In this document: positions 1-12,542 of the stretch, one piece after another
Numbering within the stretch: the first letter of the stretch is position 1
Layout of the letters: every line of letters begins with the position of its first letter
Source of the DNA: Terriglobia bacterium
GTDB taxonomy: Bacteria > Acidobacteriota > Terriglobia > JAJPHL01 > JAPKYU01
Assembly: GCA_965206645.1 (NCBI GenBank)
Contig: CBDBKE010000003.1
Span: 704,001 to 768,000, forward strand
Length of the DNA stretch: 64,000 nt
Direction of reading: 5' to 3'
Position numbers and translations under genes: made by a program
The notes under the pieces: generated by a model
Told to the model about the DNA's origin: nothing
The model's input: only the letters and a program-made list of their open reading frames with translations
Databases searched by the model: none

Positions 1-820
1 CGTCGATGTTCGCCGGGAAGAAGGCGGCGCCGCCGGTGGCTTCAGAGACCGCTTCGATGGATTTGCGCGCCCGACGGGCCGCTCGGGCGCTATCGTCGCC
101 CAAGAGGCCGACGCTGTAAATGACCACGTCGGTTTGCTGAATGTACTTGATGAGCCGCTCCAGAGTGAAGCGGCTGGCATTGTCCTCGCCGTCGGTGATC
201 ACCAGCAGCACCCTCTTGGTCCTCCGACCGCGCCCAGTCACATGGTCCAGCGACATCCGGATGGTGTCGTAGTAGGCGGTGCCCCCGCGGGAATCGATCT
301 TCTCCAGCCCTTCCTTCAGCTCCTCCAAATTGGAGGTGAAGTCCTTGTCCAGGAAAGCCTCGTCATTGAAGTTGACGATGAAGACCTCGTCATTGCGGTT
401 GCTGGTGCGAACGAAGGTCAGTGCGGCGGCATTGACCCTGACCCGTTTGTCCCGCATGCTGCCGCTATTGTCCACCAGGATGCCCACCGAGACCGGGATG
501 TCCTCCCGCTTGAAGTCTTTTATCTCCTGCCTGACGTTGTCTTCCAAGACCTTGAAGTGTTCCCGGCGCAGGTCGGTCACCAGGTGCTTCTGCTTGTCCA
601 GCACAGTCGCGTGCAGGACCACCAGCTTGGTTTCCACCGCAAACCGGGGAACGCCCTTCGGCCGGGCTCGGGATGGCTTGCTTTCCGGAGCCGCTCGCGC
701 CGCGCCCGACTTCCCGCGCTGTGGCGCGGTACGCTGCGCTGGCGTGCTGCCACACCACAGTAGCGCCACCAGGACCAGCGGGACAGCCCGGCGGGCGGAA
801 TGGCTACTCTGTAGGGGCAT
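1..820 (-). CDS. VWA-domain protein (Acidobacterial VWFA-related), runs off the window start
   Basis: Manual minus-strand translation from ATG 820: signal-like N-terminus, VETKLVVLHATV, MIDAS motif DNSGSM, GGTAYYD, ITDGEDN, TGG. Overlaps the stop of the upstream paralog. Not in the ORF track. Confidence 0.9.
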   Translation of the reverse strand, partial: MPLQSSHSARRAVPLVLVALLWCGSTPAQRTAPQRGKSGAARAAPESKPSRARPKGVPRFAVETKLVVLHATVLDKQKHLVTDLRREHFKVLEDNVRQEIKDFKREDIPVSVGILVDNSGSMRDKRVRVNAAALTFVRTSNRNDEVFIVNFNDEAFLDKDFTSNLEELKEGLEKIDSRGGTAYYDTIRMSLDHVTGRGRRTKRVLLVITDGEDNASRFTLERLIKYIQQTDVVIYSVGLLGDDSARAARRARKSIEAVSEATGGAAFFPANID

Positions 821-1802
821 AGTAACCCGTCTTGGCGTACACGTGCAGCGGGGGAAGGCCGCGCGGCGGATTCAGCTTCACCTTGATCTTCCGCCACTTG
901 CCGTCCTTGTCCCTATTGGCGGAGACGTAACCGAGCACGTACTGGTTGCGCAGCTCCAAGCCGATCTTGGCGGCCACATCGGGCAGAGCATTCAGGTTGC
1001 TCACAGAGAACTGCCGGCCGCCGGTCGACTCGGCTAGACCCGTCAGCAGGCCGGGGCCGGCCATTTCTTCCGGCGTGCCACGCGCACTGTAAGAATTGTA
1101 AATGCCGATGGCGTAGATCTGCACATCGGCTTCCCGAACCAGCGACTTGATTTCGTTCTGGCTGTAGCGGCTGTTATTGTCCCCGCCATCGGAGATAATC
1201 AGCGTTGCCTTCTTTTGATGAACGCCATGGCGCATGTGGTTCAGAGCCATGTAGATGGCGTCCAGCAACGCGGTCCGTCCCTTGGCCGCGGTAAAAATCA
1301 GCCGGTCCTGGATGTCCTCGATGCGGCGGGTGAAATCCGACACCAGCCGTGGCCGGTCGTTGAAGTCCACCAGGAAGAATTCGTCCTGAGGGTTCGCCGA
1401 CCTGAAAAATTCCAGCGCCGCCATGCGTGACTTGCGGATCTTGTTCGACATGCTGCCGCTGGCATCGAACACCAGACCCAATGAAATGGGCACGTCCTCA
1501 CTGCTGAAGTGCAGCACCTCCTGCTCCTGCTTGTCCTCAAACACGCGGAAGTGCTCTTTTTCCAGGCCGGTCACCAGCCGGTTGAGCGGGTCGGTGACCG
1601 TTACGGTCACCAGCACCAAGTTGACGTCCACCTGAATGGGGCGCTGGCGCGTTTCCAGTGCCTTGCGGGACTGTCGGGTCTTGGAAGGCTGGGCGGGCGA
1701 TTTGGCCAGATCGTCGGCCGACAGCAGCCAGCCCGCACAGGTGAGCGCGAACAGTAAGAGGGGAAGTGTGAAAAACGCGCGCTGTAGCTTGCCCAATCTC
1801 AT
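804..1802 (-). CDS. VWA-domain protein (Acidobacterial VWFA-related)
   Basis: Signal peptide, VDVNLVLV, DASGSM, GRTALLD, ISDGGDN, TGG, LRNQYVLGY, GYYAP. Confidence 0.92.
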   Translation of the reverse strand: MRLGKLQRAFFTLPLLLFALTCAGWLLSADDLAKSPAQPSKTRQSRKALETRQRPIQVDVNLVLVTVTVTDPLNRLVTGLEKEHFRVFEDKQEQEVLHFSSEDVPISLGLVFDASGSMSNKIRKSRMAALEFFRSANPQDEFFLVDFNDRPRLVSDFTRRIEDIQDRLIFTAAKGRTALLDAIYMALNHMRHGVHQKKATLIISDGGDNNSRYSQNEIKSLVREADVQIYAIGIYNSYSARGTPEEMAGPGLLTGLAESTGGRQFSVSNLNALPDVAAKIGLELRNQYVLGYVSANRDKDGKWRKIKVKLNPPRGLPPLHVYAKTGYYAPTE

Positions 1803-1948
1803 GACTTGCTTAGCGCCGGTGCGTGTTGTCTCCGGCCTCCCTGTAGACCGCCTCTGACTTTATATTACCACGGCCATGCAAGCCTGTGCTAAACTGGCCA
1901 GTACTCACTTCCCAGGGCCGACTCCATTCTGATTCGGGTTGGAACCGA

Positions 1949-4403
<2,455 letters not shown>

Positions 4404-4417
4404 CCAATCCCACGTCG

Positions 4418-4936
4418 ATGTCGAGCAACGTAAAGGAGCACAAGAAGGCTGTCGCGCTTGTCCTTTATGACCAGGACCGGTATGACAAGGACCGGCAGCA
4501 CCTTCTGGTGGTTCGGAGGCCTCCGGAAGACGACCTGCTGCCGAACGTCTGGGGCCTGCCGGCAGCAACGTTGCGCGTGGGGGAAAGTTATGAAGACGCC
4601 GCCGTCAGGGCCGGTCAAGAGAAGCTGGGAGTGAAGATTAGGATCGTCGGGGAAATCGCCGAAGGAACTGCGGACCGAGGCGACCACATTCTGCGCATGA
4701 AGGAATTTGAAGTCGAGATTGCGGAGGGCACGCCGAGTGTGCCCCAGTCAATCCCCCAGCCGATCACCCCGCCGATGGAAGGTGTCACCCAATACCTTGC
4801 CTGCAAATGGGGAGGACCAGATGATCTCGTTGAGGCAACTCGGAAGGGCTCACTGTGCTGCCGGCTGTATCTGTCGAGCATCGGCCAATTTCAGGGAGAC
4901 CAATCGCAAGCGGATTCCTCACGTGGCTCGGGATGA
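4418..4936 (+). CDS. NUDIX-fold protein with degenerate Nudix box
   Basis: LLVVRRP...WGLPAATLRVGESYEDAAVRAGQEKLGV resembles GX5EX7REUXEEXGU. Confidence 0.8.
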   Translation: MSSNVKEHKKAVALVLYDQDRYDKDRQHLLVVRRPPEDDLLPNVWGLPAATLRVGESYEDAAVRAGQEKLGVKIRIVGEIAEGTADRGDHILRMKEFEVEIAEGTPSVPQSIPQPITPPMEGVTQYLACKWGGPDDLVEATRKGSLCCRLYLSSIGQFQGDQSQADSSRGSG

Positions 4937-4963
4937 CAGGGAAGGGGAGAGAATGTGGCGCTG

Positions 4964-5350
4964 CTAGCGCTGGCTGATCCGCATGGTTTCGTCAACGCTC
5001 AGCTCGGGCATGCCGGTGGCCGGCCCGTGGTAGCTGGCGGTGATGACGAAGTGGTTGCCGCTAATATCAATGGAATAGGTGTAGCCAAAGCGTCCCTCGG
5101 AGTTCACGTAGACGTGGCCTTCCGAGCTCAGCTCCTCCAGGGTGGCGTACTTGCCGTTCAGCGCCCTGTAGGACCGTTCGGCGTTGGCCATGGTCATCAA
5201 GTCGTTTTTCACCCCAGACAGATCGGCGGCGGCCCGCGGGTTGTTGGTGCCCTGGGTGATCGAGCTCGTGCCGGTAAATTGTGCGCGGTAAATGAACATG
5301 CCGATGCCCAGAGTCAAGATTAGTCCTATCAAACCCATTACGCCACGCAT
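4964..5350 (-). CDS. Membrane-anchored pilin-like hypothetical protein
   Basis: N-terminal TM helix, then AERSYRALNGKYATLEEL and GYTYSI, like the pilin globular head. RBS GGAGG upstream. Confidence 0.6.
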   Translation of the reverse strand: MRGVMGLIGLILTLGIGMFIYRAQFTGTSSITQGTNNPRAAADLSGVKNDLMTMANAERSYRALNGKYATLEELSSEGHVYVNSEGRFGYTYSIDISGNHFVITASYHGPATGMPELSVDETMRISQR

Positions 5351-5549
5351 GCTGACTTGCTACCCCCCTCCGTTGCGATAGCCCCCCTTGCGATAGCTTG
5401 ACGGTAGGAGAACCGTTCGGGAGAGTCAACCGTGAGGCTTTGCGCCTGCTGATTCAAACGGGTGGCCCAGTCGCTCCAATAAAAGCACTTGACACCTGCG
5501 GGCCAACACCTGAAACCTGACACCTGACAGTCGGCTGCTAGGGGCAAAA

Positions 5550-7178
5550 GTGAAGATCCTGACTGCTGCACAAATGCGGGAAGTGGACCGCGTCACCATC
5601 CGGGAGCTGGGGGTGCCGGGCGTGCTGCTGATGGAGAACGCCGGCATCAGCGTGGTCCGCGTGTTGGAAGAGCGCTTTCGCCCGTTGGCCCGGCATCGTA
5701 TCGCCATCCTGTGCGGCAAAGGCAACAACGGCGGCGACGGCTTCGTGGTGGCGCGGCAGCTGTGGATGCGCGGCCTGCGGCCCCGGGTGTTGCTGCTGGC
5801 CGATCCGGATAGTATTCGCGGCGATGCGCGCATCAACTTCGACATCCTGCTCAAGACAGGCTGCCTGCCCGGTCTGGTGCGCGACCGGAACGACTGGCTG
5901 GCCGTGAAGGCTGACCTGCGCGGGTCCACTCTTCTGGTGGATGCGCTGCTGGGCACTGGCCTGTCCGGCCCCGTCGAGGGCTTTCTGGCCGACGTGGTGA
6001 GCGACCTCAACGCCAGGCTCTCCCACGTTCCCCTGGTTGCGGTGGACATCCCCTCCGGGCTGCCCAGCGACAGTGGCAGGCCCCTGGGAGAATCGCTCCG
6101 GGCCGACATCACTGTCACCTTTACGGCACCCAAAGTTGCCCAGATCTTTCCGCCTAACTGCGAGCGCGTTGGAGAGCTTGTGGTCTGCCCCATCGGGACG
6201 CCACCCGAAGTCTACGAACGACGCGCCGACGTGTACCTGAATCTGATCACTCCAGCGGAACTGGCTCCCTTTGCTCGTCCGCGAGCACGAGCCGCGCATA
6301 AGGGTAACTTCGGTCACGTGCTGGTGGTGTCCGGGGGGCGCGGCAAGACTGGCGCGGCAGCTATGACCGGGGAGTCGGCGCTGAAGATCGGCGCCGGACT
6401 GGTCACTGTGGCCACGGCGGAAAGCGCGCTGTCGGTGGTGGCGGGCTTCGAGCCGGAGCTGATGACCGAGCCGCTGGCCGAAAACGAAGCAGGCAGCATC
6501 TCGGGGAGCGCCCTGGACTACGGGCGGTTCCAGCAGATTCTGGAGAACAAGGACGTGCTCGCCATGGGCCCTGGTCTGTCCACTCATCCTGATACGCTGG
6601 GCTTTGTGCGCCGAGTGGTTCGCGACTTCGCCATCCCTGCCGTCCTCGACGCCGATGCCCTGAATGCCTTCGCCGGGGATCGGGAGCTGCTCCGGGACCG
6701 AAGCTCCCCGCTGGTGCTCACCCCGCATCCCGGTGAGATGGCGCGCCTGATGGGAATTTCCACCGGTGAGGTGCAAGGCAATCGGGTGGAAGTGGCGCGC
6801 CGGCTGGCCATTGAGCTCGGTGTCTTCGTCGTCCTGAAAGGCTTCCGCACCCTGGTGGCTGCTCCCGAAGGACAGGTTTACGTCAACCCCACCGGCAATC
6901 CGGGCATGGCCAGCGGGGGAACCGGGGACGTGCTGACTGGCTTCATTGCCGGGCTGATAGGGCAGTTCGCCCACGAGCCGCTGGCCGAGGTGCTGTGTGC
7001 CGCCGTCTACGTGCACGGCCTGGCGGGGGATCTGGCGCTGGCGAGAACCGGCGAGAAGGCCCTGGTGGCCACCGACTTGATCCGCTCCCTGCCCCAGGTC
7101 TGGGAGCAGCTTGGCGCCCCCGCGCCCGCTTCCGGTTCCGGCGACGCGCTACAGAAGGACGAGCCGGCGCACCGCTGA
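5550..7178 (+). CDS. nnr: Bifunctional NAD(P)H-hydrate epimerase/dehydratase
   Basis: LMENAG, GKGNNGGDG, VDALLGTG, AVDIPSG, HKGNFG, LTPHPGE, GGTGDVL. Confidence 0.96.
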   Translation: MKILTAAQMREVDRVTIRELGVPGVLLMENAGISVVRVLEERFRPLARHRIAILCGKGNNGGDGFVVARQLWMRGLRPRVLLLADPDSIRGDARINFDILLKTGCLPGLVRDRNDWLAVKADLRGSTLLVDALLGTGLSGPVEGFLADVVSDLNARLSHVPLVAVDIPSGLPSDSGRPLGESLRADITVTFTAPKVAQIFPPNCERVGELVVCPIGTPPEVYERRADVYLNLITPAELAPFARPRARAAHKGNFGHVLVVSGGRGKTGAAAMTGESALKIGAGLVTVATAESALSVVAGFEPELMTEPLAENEAGSISGSALDYGRFQQILENKDVLAMGPGLSTHPDTLGFVRRVVRDFAIPAVLDADALNAFAGDRELLRDRSSPLVLTPHPGEMARLMGISTGEVQGNRVEVARRLAIELGVFVVLKGFRTLVAAPEGQVYVNPTGNPGMASGGTGDVLTGFIAGLIGQFAHEPLAEVLCAAVYVHGLAGDLALARTGEKALVATDLIRSLPQVWEQLGAPAPASGSGDALQKDEPAHR

Positions 7179-7184
7179 GACACC

Positions 7185-7640
7185 GTGGCTGGGGAGCAGC
7201 GCAGGCGCGAGTACATCACCGAATCGCACGAACAGACGGTAGGGCTGGGCCGGGAACTGGCCCGGCAGATGCGCCCGCCGTTGCTCGCGCTGCTGGTGGG
7301 CAACCTGGGGAGTGGAAAAACCACCCTGGCCAAGGGCATCGTCAGCAACTTGGGCGGCGCCCCGGAAGAGGATGTGACCAGCCCTTCGTTCACCCTGATC
7401 CACGAATACAGGCACGGCAGTTCAAAAGTGTTTCACGTGGATCTGTACCGGCTGGAGAGCCCGCGCGAAATTGACACGCTGGGCCTGGAAGACCTGTTCG
7501 ACGAGACCGAGCCGGCTGTCGTGCTGGTGGAGTGGGGCGAAAAACTGCGTCAGATGATGCCGGGGCCGCGCTGGGAGATTCACTTGGCCGATTTGGGCGA
7601 GGACCGCCGTAAAATAGTGGTGGAGGAATGGAATGGTTGA
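7185..7640 (+). CDS. tsaE: tRNA threonylcarbamoyladenosine biosynthesis ATPase
   Basis: GNLGSGKTT, VTSPSFTLIHEY, HVDLYRL, VEWG. Follows nnr as is typical. Confidence 0.96.
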   Translation: MAGEQRRREYITESHEQTVGLGRELARQMRPPLLALLVGNLGSGKTTLAKGIVSNLGGAPEEDVTSPSFTLIHEYRHGSSKVFHVDLYRLESPREIDTLGLEDLFDETEPAVVLVEWGEKLRQMMPGPRWEIHLADLGEDRRKIVVEEWNG

Positions 7641-8436
7641 AAACAACAAGCGGCTGTGGGCGCTGATCTTGGGCGCCTCCAGCGGTTTCGGCGAGGCCAA
7701 TGCGCGCGAACTGGCGCGGCTGGGCTACAACATCCTGGGCGTGCACCTGGACCGCCGGGCCACGCTCCCGCACGTGGAGGAGATCATTGCGGCCATCCGC
7801 GCCGAGGGCTCCGAGCCGGTTTTTTTCAATGTCAACGCCGCCGACGCCGAAAAGCGTAAGCAGGTGATCACGCAGATCCGGGCCCGTCTGGACGGCAGCC
7901 AGGGCCCGCCAGGAACCGTTCGCGTCCTGCTGCATTCGCTGGCGTTCGGCACGCTGAAGCCGTTCGTCAATATAGAAAACCCAGTAGTGCGGGACCAAAT
8001 CGAGATGACCGTGGATGTGATGGCACATAGCCTGGTCTACTGGGTCCAGGACCTGCTGGCCTGCCACCTGCTAGAGCGTGGAGCCCGTGTTTTCGCCATG
8101 ACCAGTTCCGGCGGCACGCGCGTGTTGCCCACCTACGGCCCGGTTTCGGCCGCCAAGGCGGCCCTGGAATCCCACATCCGGCAACTGGCCATGGAACTTG
8201 CCCCGCTGGGCATTACTGCCAATGCCATACGCGCCGGTGTCACCGACACCCCGGCTCTGCGAAAGATCCCGGGACACGAAAAGCTGATTGAGTTTGCGCG
8301 CCAGCGGAACCCGCACGGTCGCCTGACCACTCCGCAGGACGTAGCGGCCGCCATTGGGGTGCTTGCCCGACCGGAAACTTACTGGATCACGGGCAACGTC
8401 ATCGGTGCGGATGGTGGCGAAGACGTTGTTGGCTAG
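7633..8436 (+). CDS. SDR oxidoreductase, enoyl-ACP reductase (FabL/FabI-like)
   Basis: GASSGFG Rossmann motif, YGPVSAAK (YX6K), NAIRAG, ITGNVIGADGG. Confidence 0.8.
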   Translation: MVENNKRLWALILGASSGFGEANARELARLGYNILGVHLDRRATLPHVEEIIAAIRAEGSEPVFFNVNAADAEKRKQVITQIRARLDGSQGPPGTVRVLLHSLAFGTLKPFVNIENPVVRDQIEMTVDVMAHSLVYWVQDLLACHLLERGARVFAMTSSGGTRVLPTYGPVSAAKAALESHIRQLAMELAPLGITANAIRAGVTDTPALRKIPGHEKLIEFARQRNPHGRLTTPQDVAAAIGVLARPETYWITGNVIGADGGEDVVG

Positions 8437-8467
8437 CAAACAGCCGGTCGCGGCAAGCCGCGTGGAC

Positions 8468-8686
8468 TTAGTCGCCAAAGAGAAACTTCATCGTCACGTA
8501 GAATTGTAGCAAGAACAGGGCCAGCAGCAGCGCCGCGCCCCCGCGCCGGAGTAGGCGGTAGGTGAAAGGCAGTTCGATCGGTTCTTCCGAGGCTGACAGA
8601 GGGAGGTGCGCGTCACAGAATTCGGCGCCTTCTATAGGGACCATTGAGCAGCTTCTTCCGCGTGAATCAATGTGGAGGCAGCGCAT
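8468..8686 (-). CDS. Small protein with C-X9-C-X10-C-X2-H metal-finger motif and C-terminal TM helix
   Basis: MRCLHIDSRGRSCSMVPIEGAEFCDAH followed by a hydrophobic C-terminus. Confidence 0.6.
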   Translation of the reverse strand: MRCLHIDSRGRSCSMVPIEGAEFCDAHLPLSASEEPIELPFTYRLLRRGGAALLLALFLLQFYVTMKFLFGD

Positions 8687-9062
8687 CGTCTACAAACAGT
8701 TGCTCATTGAAAGTGTGCCTCAGTTTATCGCAACCCCCTGCCGAGTGCAGAATGTGCCGCAACCAAAGCTCGCGACAAACCTGGCTCGCAACAAAAATGC
8801 TCACCTTCCGGTGAGCATTTTGTGTCCCCTTCTCCTGGGGACCATAGGGAGAAAGCTCCGACGGATGCGCAGCCGCCAAAACTTTTCAGGGCCAGTGTAT
8901 TCCGCGGGCAGGGGGCTGTCAAGGGAAAACTCCTGCAAATCGTAATCCAATAAGTCTTTTTAAATCAAAAGATTATAGGGAAAAGCGTTTTCTCCTCCGC
9001 TTGCCTTCCGAAACCGGCGGCCCGGCCCAAGAAACCCCATTTCGGAACTAAACAGTGTTTTT

Positions 9063-10256
9063 TCAATGGCTTATGTTGAGGCGAATGATCTCCGTCTCTT
9101 CCAACCGGTCGAAGAACCGCCCAGGGTAGCGCTGCTTCAGCAGCATCCGTAGAAAACCGAATCCCAACCCGGCAATGAGCGCGAACACAAGCAGCGCTCC
9201 GATCAGCGCAATGATGTTTAAGATCAACTGCGCTAAATCGGATGCGGTCACTTCTTCCACCGGCTCATTCCACACAACATCGGCGGTGTAGGAGATGCGG
9301 TTCAGAAGCTGATCGGCTTGGCTCTTTTCCGTGGCGCCGAGAACAAATCCCACCAGCGGGCCAACTCGACGAGCGTATAACTTCTGAGCGACCGAGTCGC
9401 TACCTCCGGCAGGTAAGTCTTGCCAGGCTTTCATCTTGCTTGCCGCCAGTTGTGCTATGGGATAGCTGAGCAACAGCAAGGTCAACGGTGGCTTTCCCGG
9501 AAATTGGTAGAGGGCCAAGTTGGCTTCGGCGCCCATCTCGAAGTCCACCAGTTCCGACGGTATCTCGGGCGCTAAGCGAGCAAGGGCCACTGGCCCCAGG
9601 ATGTATTTGCGACTCTCGGGGAGAACACCACGCTTGGGAAGATACAGTCGCAGGGGCGGCAGCGGACCTCCGCCCAAGGTCTCAAGTCCAGCAGCCAATT
9701 CGCGGAGCTCGGCGACGCTGAGCCGGGCGTTGGACGAGCGCCCCTGCAAAGACGCACGGACCAGCACTTCCTCCTTCCGCAGCAAGAAATCAGTTCCGCG
9801 CCAGGCAAGCTGCTCCGTGCCGGTTTCCCGGGTGGTCCAGTCTTGCCCGCGATATAAGGTGAACAGCCCATAGCTGCCCGAGGCGTCTTTCAGGCGCACG
9901 GCTTCCACGCTCAGGGTCTGGCTCTCTTTGGTGAACTGCCGCCGCTCAGCCCCAACGTACCCGTATTCCACCAGGATGGGCGCTTCGTCTCCAGCCAGCG
10001 TGGCCGCGCTGTAGCGCCCAAAGGTCCGGGCAGCCGTGCCCGCCCATCCGGCAAAGGTGTCTGGGAGGATGGTGCCGCGCTTCGGGCCAGTCGTGGGAGT
10101 GGAACTTGCAGGAGGCCGGCTGGCCGTCTTCGCCGCGTCAGGCGGGGCGGCGGGAAGCTCCTTCAGCGCCCGCCGGCCTTCTTCGGGTGAAACCAGCGTG
10201 ACCTGACCGAAGACCGTGCTGGAAAAAAGGAAAAGCAGGACATGCCAGGACTTCAT
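9063..10256 (-). CDS. Secreted/membrane-anchored hypothetical protein (DUF6599-like)
   Basis: Signal peptide MKSWHVLL, LVEYGY, DASGSYGLFT, YILGP, LLLLSYP, C-terminal TM helix. Confidence 0.7.
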   Translation of the reverse strand: MKSWHVLLFLFSSTVFGQVTLVSPEEGRRALKELPAAPPDAAKTASRPPASSTPTTGPKRGTILPDTFAGWAGTAARTFGRYSAATLAGDEAPILVEYGYVGAERRQFTKESQTLSVEAVRLKDASGSYGLFTLYRGQDWTTRETGTEQLAWRGTDFLLRKEEVLVRASLQGRSSNARLSVAELRELAAGLETLGGGPLPPLRLYLPKRGVLPESRKYILGPVALARLAPEIPSELVDFEMGAEANLALYQFPGKPPLTLLLLSYPIAQLAASKMKAWQDLPAGGSDSVAQKLYARRVGPLVGFVLGATEKSQADQLLNRISYTADVVWNEPVEEVTASDLAQLILNIIALIGALLVFALIAGLGFGFLRMLLKQRYPGRFFDRLEETEIIRLNISH

Positions 10257-10521
10257 GACGGCCTGAGCTTGATCATAGCGCACCTTGCTCACGCTCGGAT
10301 AGTTTAAGTGGACTCCTCCGAAATTCAGGGCTAGCCGACCTACTCCCGCGGTGGGTCGTCCCCGGTCATCGCGCCAATGGCTGGTCACCTCGGACGAACC
10401 CGCACCGGCTCGCAGGCGGATGGGAAAGACGCTCGGCGCACGGTCGCTCCTGCCCTCTGCGAATTTTGGCCATCAACGCTCTGTTTCCGTTGTATATCTA
10501 CTTGTCTATCTGGCGGTTCGC

Positions 10522-11889
10522 ATGCTGGCTAACCGGTTGTTGGTAGTTGGAGGACAGGGTGCAGGACTGAGTGCGGCCAGCCGGGCGCGCCGGCTGGACT
10601 CGCAGCTGCATATCACCGTCTTGGAACAAGGGCACCATATCTCCTACAGCGCCTGTGGCTTGGCCTATTTACTCAGCGGACAGGTGCGGCGAGCCGAGGA
10701 TCTGCTGGTGTACTCGGCCGAATTTTTTCGGGAGCAGCGCAACATCGAGGTCCTGGTTGGCATGCGGGTGGTTGAGATCGAGCCGGGACAGCGGAGGGTA
10801 CGCGCCCTGGCCGTCGAGACCGGGCAAGAACACCTGTTCCCTTACGACCGGTTGGTTCTGGCAACGGGCACCCGGCCAGACTGGCCCTCCATTCCCGGCA
10901 TGGATTTACCCGGCGTCTTCCAAGGGAACAACCTGGCAGGGACGCTGGCCCTACAGGCCTTCCTGGAAACCGGCCAGCGGCCTCGTCGGGCCGTCGTCCT
11001 GGGCGGTGGCTATATCGGGCTGGAGTACGCCGAGGCGCTGCGCCAGCGAGGTCTGCACGTTGTGGTGCTCCACTGCAGCAGCGAGCTATTGGAGGGATTC
11101 GATCCGGAAATCACCGAGCTGGTGGAACAGAGGCTATTGCAACACGGCGTGGAAGTGTTCAAGGGCACTCCGGCTACCGCGATCCTGGGCCAGGGGCGCC
11201 TGCAGCAGGTGCTCTCTGCCGCCGGGCGGCACGAGGCGGACCTGGCGTTAGTGGCCACCGGCGTTGTGCCACGTTCCGAGGTGGCCCTGGCCGCCGGCCT
11301 GGCCACCGGGGTGAGGGGTGCAATCGTTGTGGATGAGCGGATGCAAACCAGCCTACCCGGCGTCTATGCCGCCGGCGATTGTGCTCATACGGTTCACCTG
11401 GTAACCGGGCGTCCTGTCTACATCCCCTTGGGCACGACCGCAAACAAACAGGGCCGCGTCGCGGGCGAGAATGCCGCCGGTGGCAACGCGCGATTTGCAG
11501 GCATCGTAGGCACCACTGTCACCCGGGTGTTCGAACTGGAGTGCGGCCGCACTGGTTTGTCGGAACCCGAAGCGCGCGCCGGCGGGTTCCGCGTGGTCAC
11601 CGCCGTCATCGAGCACGGGAGCCGTGCCCACTACTTTGGAGCCAAGCAGATGCGGGTGAAGCTGCTGGCTGACCGCGCCAGTGGACGCCTCCTAGGGGGG
11701 CAGCTGGTGGGCGAGGAAGGGGTGGCCAAGCGGGTCGACGTGGTGGCCACGGCCCTGCATGCGCGTATGAATATTGAGCAACTGGCTGGCCTGGACTTGA
11801 GTTATGCGCCGCCGTTCGCCCCGGTTTGGGACCCGCTTCTGATTGCCGCAAATGCTCTGGGCCGGAAACTTCGTGGCGGTCGTGACTGA
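10522..11889 (+). CDS. CoA-disulfide reductase / NADH oxidase family flavoprotein
   Basis: GGQGAG FAD motif, SYSACGL active-site Cys, GGGYIGLE, YAAGDCA, PLGTTANKQG, DLSYAPPF. Confidence 0.92.
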   Translation: MLANRLLVVGGQGAGLSAASRARRLDSQLHITVLEQGHHISYSACGLAYLLSGQVRRAEDLLVYSAEFFREQRNIEVLVGMRVVEIEPGQRRVRALAVETGQEHLFPYDRLVLATGTRPDWPSIPGMDLPGVFQGNNLAGTLALQAFLETGQRPRRAVVLGGGYIGLEYAEALRQRGLHVVVLHCSSELLEGFDPEITELVEQRLLQHGVEVFKGTPATAILGQGRLQQVLSAAGRHEADLALVATGVVPRSEVALAAGLATGVRGAIVVDERMQTSLPGVYAAGDCAHTVHLVTGRPVYIPLGTTANKQGRVAGENAAGGNARFAGIVGTTVTRVFELECGRTGLSEPEARAGGFRVVTAVIEHGSRAHYFGAKQMRVKLLADRASGRLLGGQLVGEEGVAKRVDVVATALHARMNIEQLAGLDLSYAPPFAPVWDPLLIAANALGRKLRGGRD

Positions 11890-11956
11890 CAGTGGCTTTC
11901 GTGGCTGGCAGTGGCCTGCGCTGACACTGGCCAGCTAGGATAAGCGCCGGCGCAAG

Positions 11957-11985
11957 TTGACACCTCATGCTCGGCAGTTTATATC
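11957..11985 (+). promoter_or_regulatory. Putative sigma70 promoter of the thioredoxin-fold gene
   Basis: TTGACA-17 nt-TATATC, then RBS GGGAGG and ATG 12011. Confidence 0.5.
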
Positions 11986-12010
11986 CACACTGATAGGGAG
12001 GAAGCGACGT

Positions 12011-12526
12011 ATGAGTGCTTTGGAGGCAGAGTCGCGGGCGGCGGACTTTCTTCTGCCGGGCCTGGACAACAAGACATATTCGTTGGCGGAATCGTTGAAA
12101 GAGGGGCCGGTGCTGGCCGCTTTCTTCAAGTCAAGTTGTCCGGTCTGCCAACTCACCTTTCCATTCCTGGAACGGTTTCAGCGCCATTTCCGCGAAACCA
12201 AGGCGCACATCTGGGCTGTCAGCCAGGATGAGCCGGAGGAGGCGCTAACGTTCGCCACCGAATACGGGCTCAGCATGCCGGTGCTCCTGGAGAATGTAGA
12301 ACACAACTATCCGGTATCAAATGCCTACGGCCTGACTCACGTCCCCACGGTCTTCCTGATCGGTCAGGGCGGTGACATCCTGCAGACCTCGGTCGGTTTC
12401 GTACGCAAAGAGCTGGTCCAGATGGGCCGTAGGCTGGAGATGCTCACCGGCAGAAAGGGTTTCGTGCCTTTTGGGGAAGAGGACGAGGTCCCGGAATGGC
12501 AGTCCGGTTGAAGATCCAAGAACTAG
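12011..12526 (+). CDS. TlpA/redoxin-like thioredoxin-fold protein (CPVC), probable C-terminal selenocysteine at UGA 12509-12511
   Basis: AADFLLPGL, FFKSSCPVCQ, VPTVFLI. After TGA the frame reads AGA TCC AAG AAC TAG. Hairpin CCCCC-GTC-GGGGG follows and tRNA-Sec lies about 330 bp away. The CDS is secure; the Sec extension is inferred. Confidence 0.8.
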
Positions 12527-12542
12527 CCCCCGTCGGGGGTTT

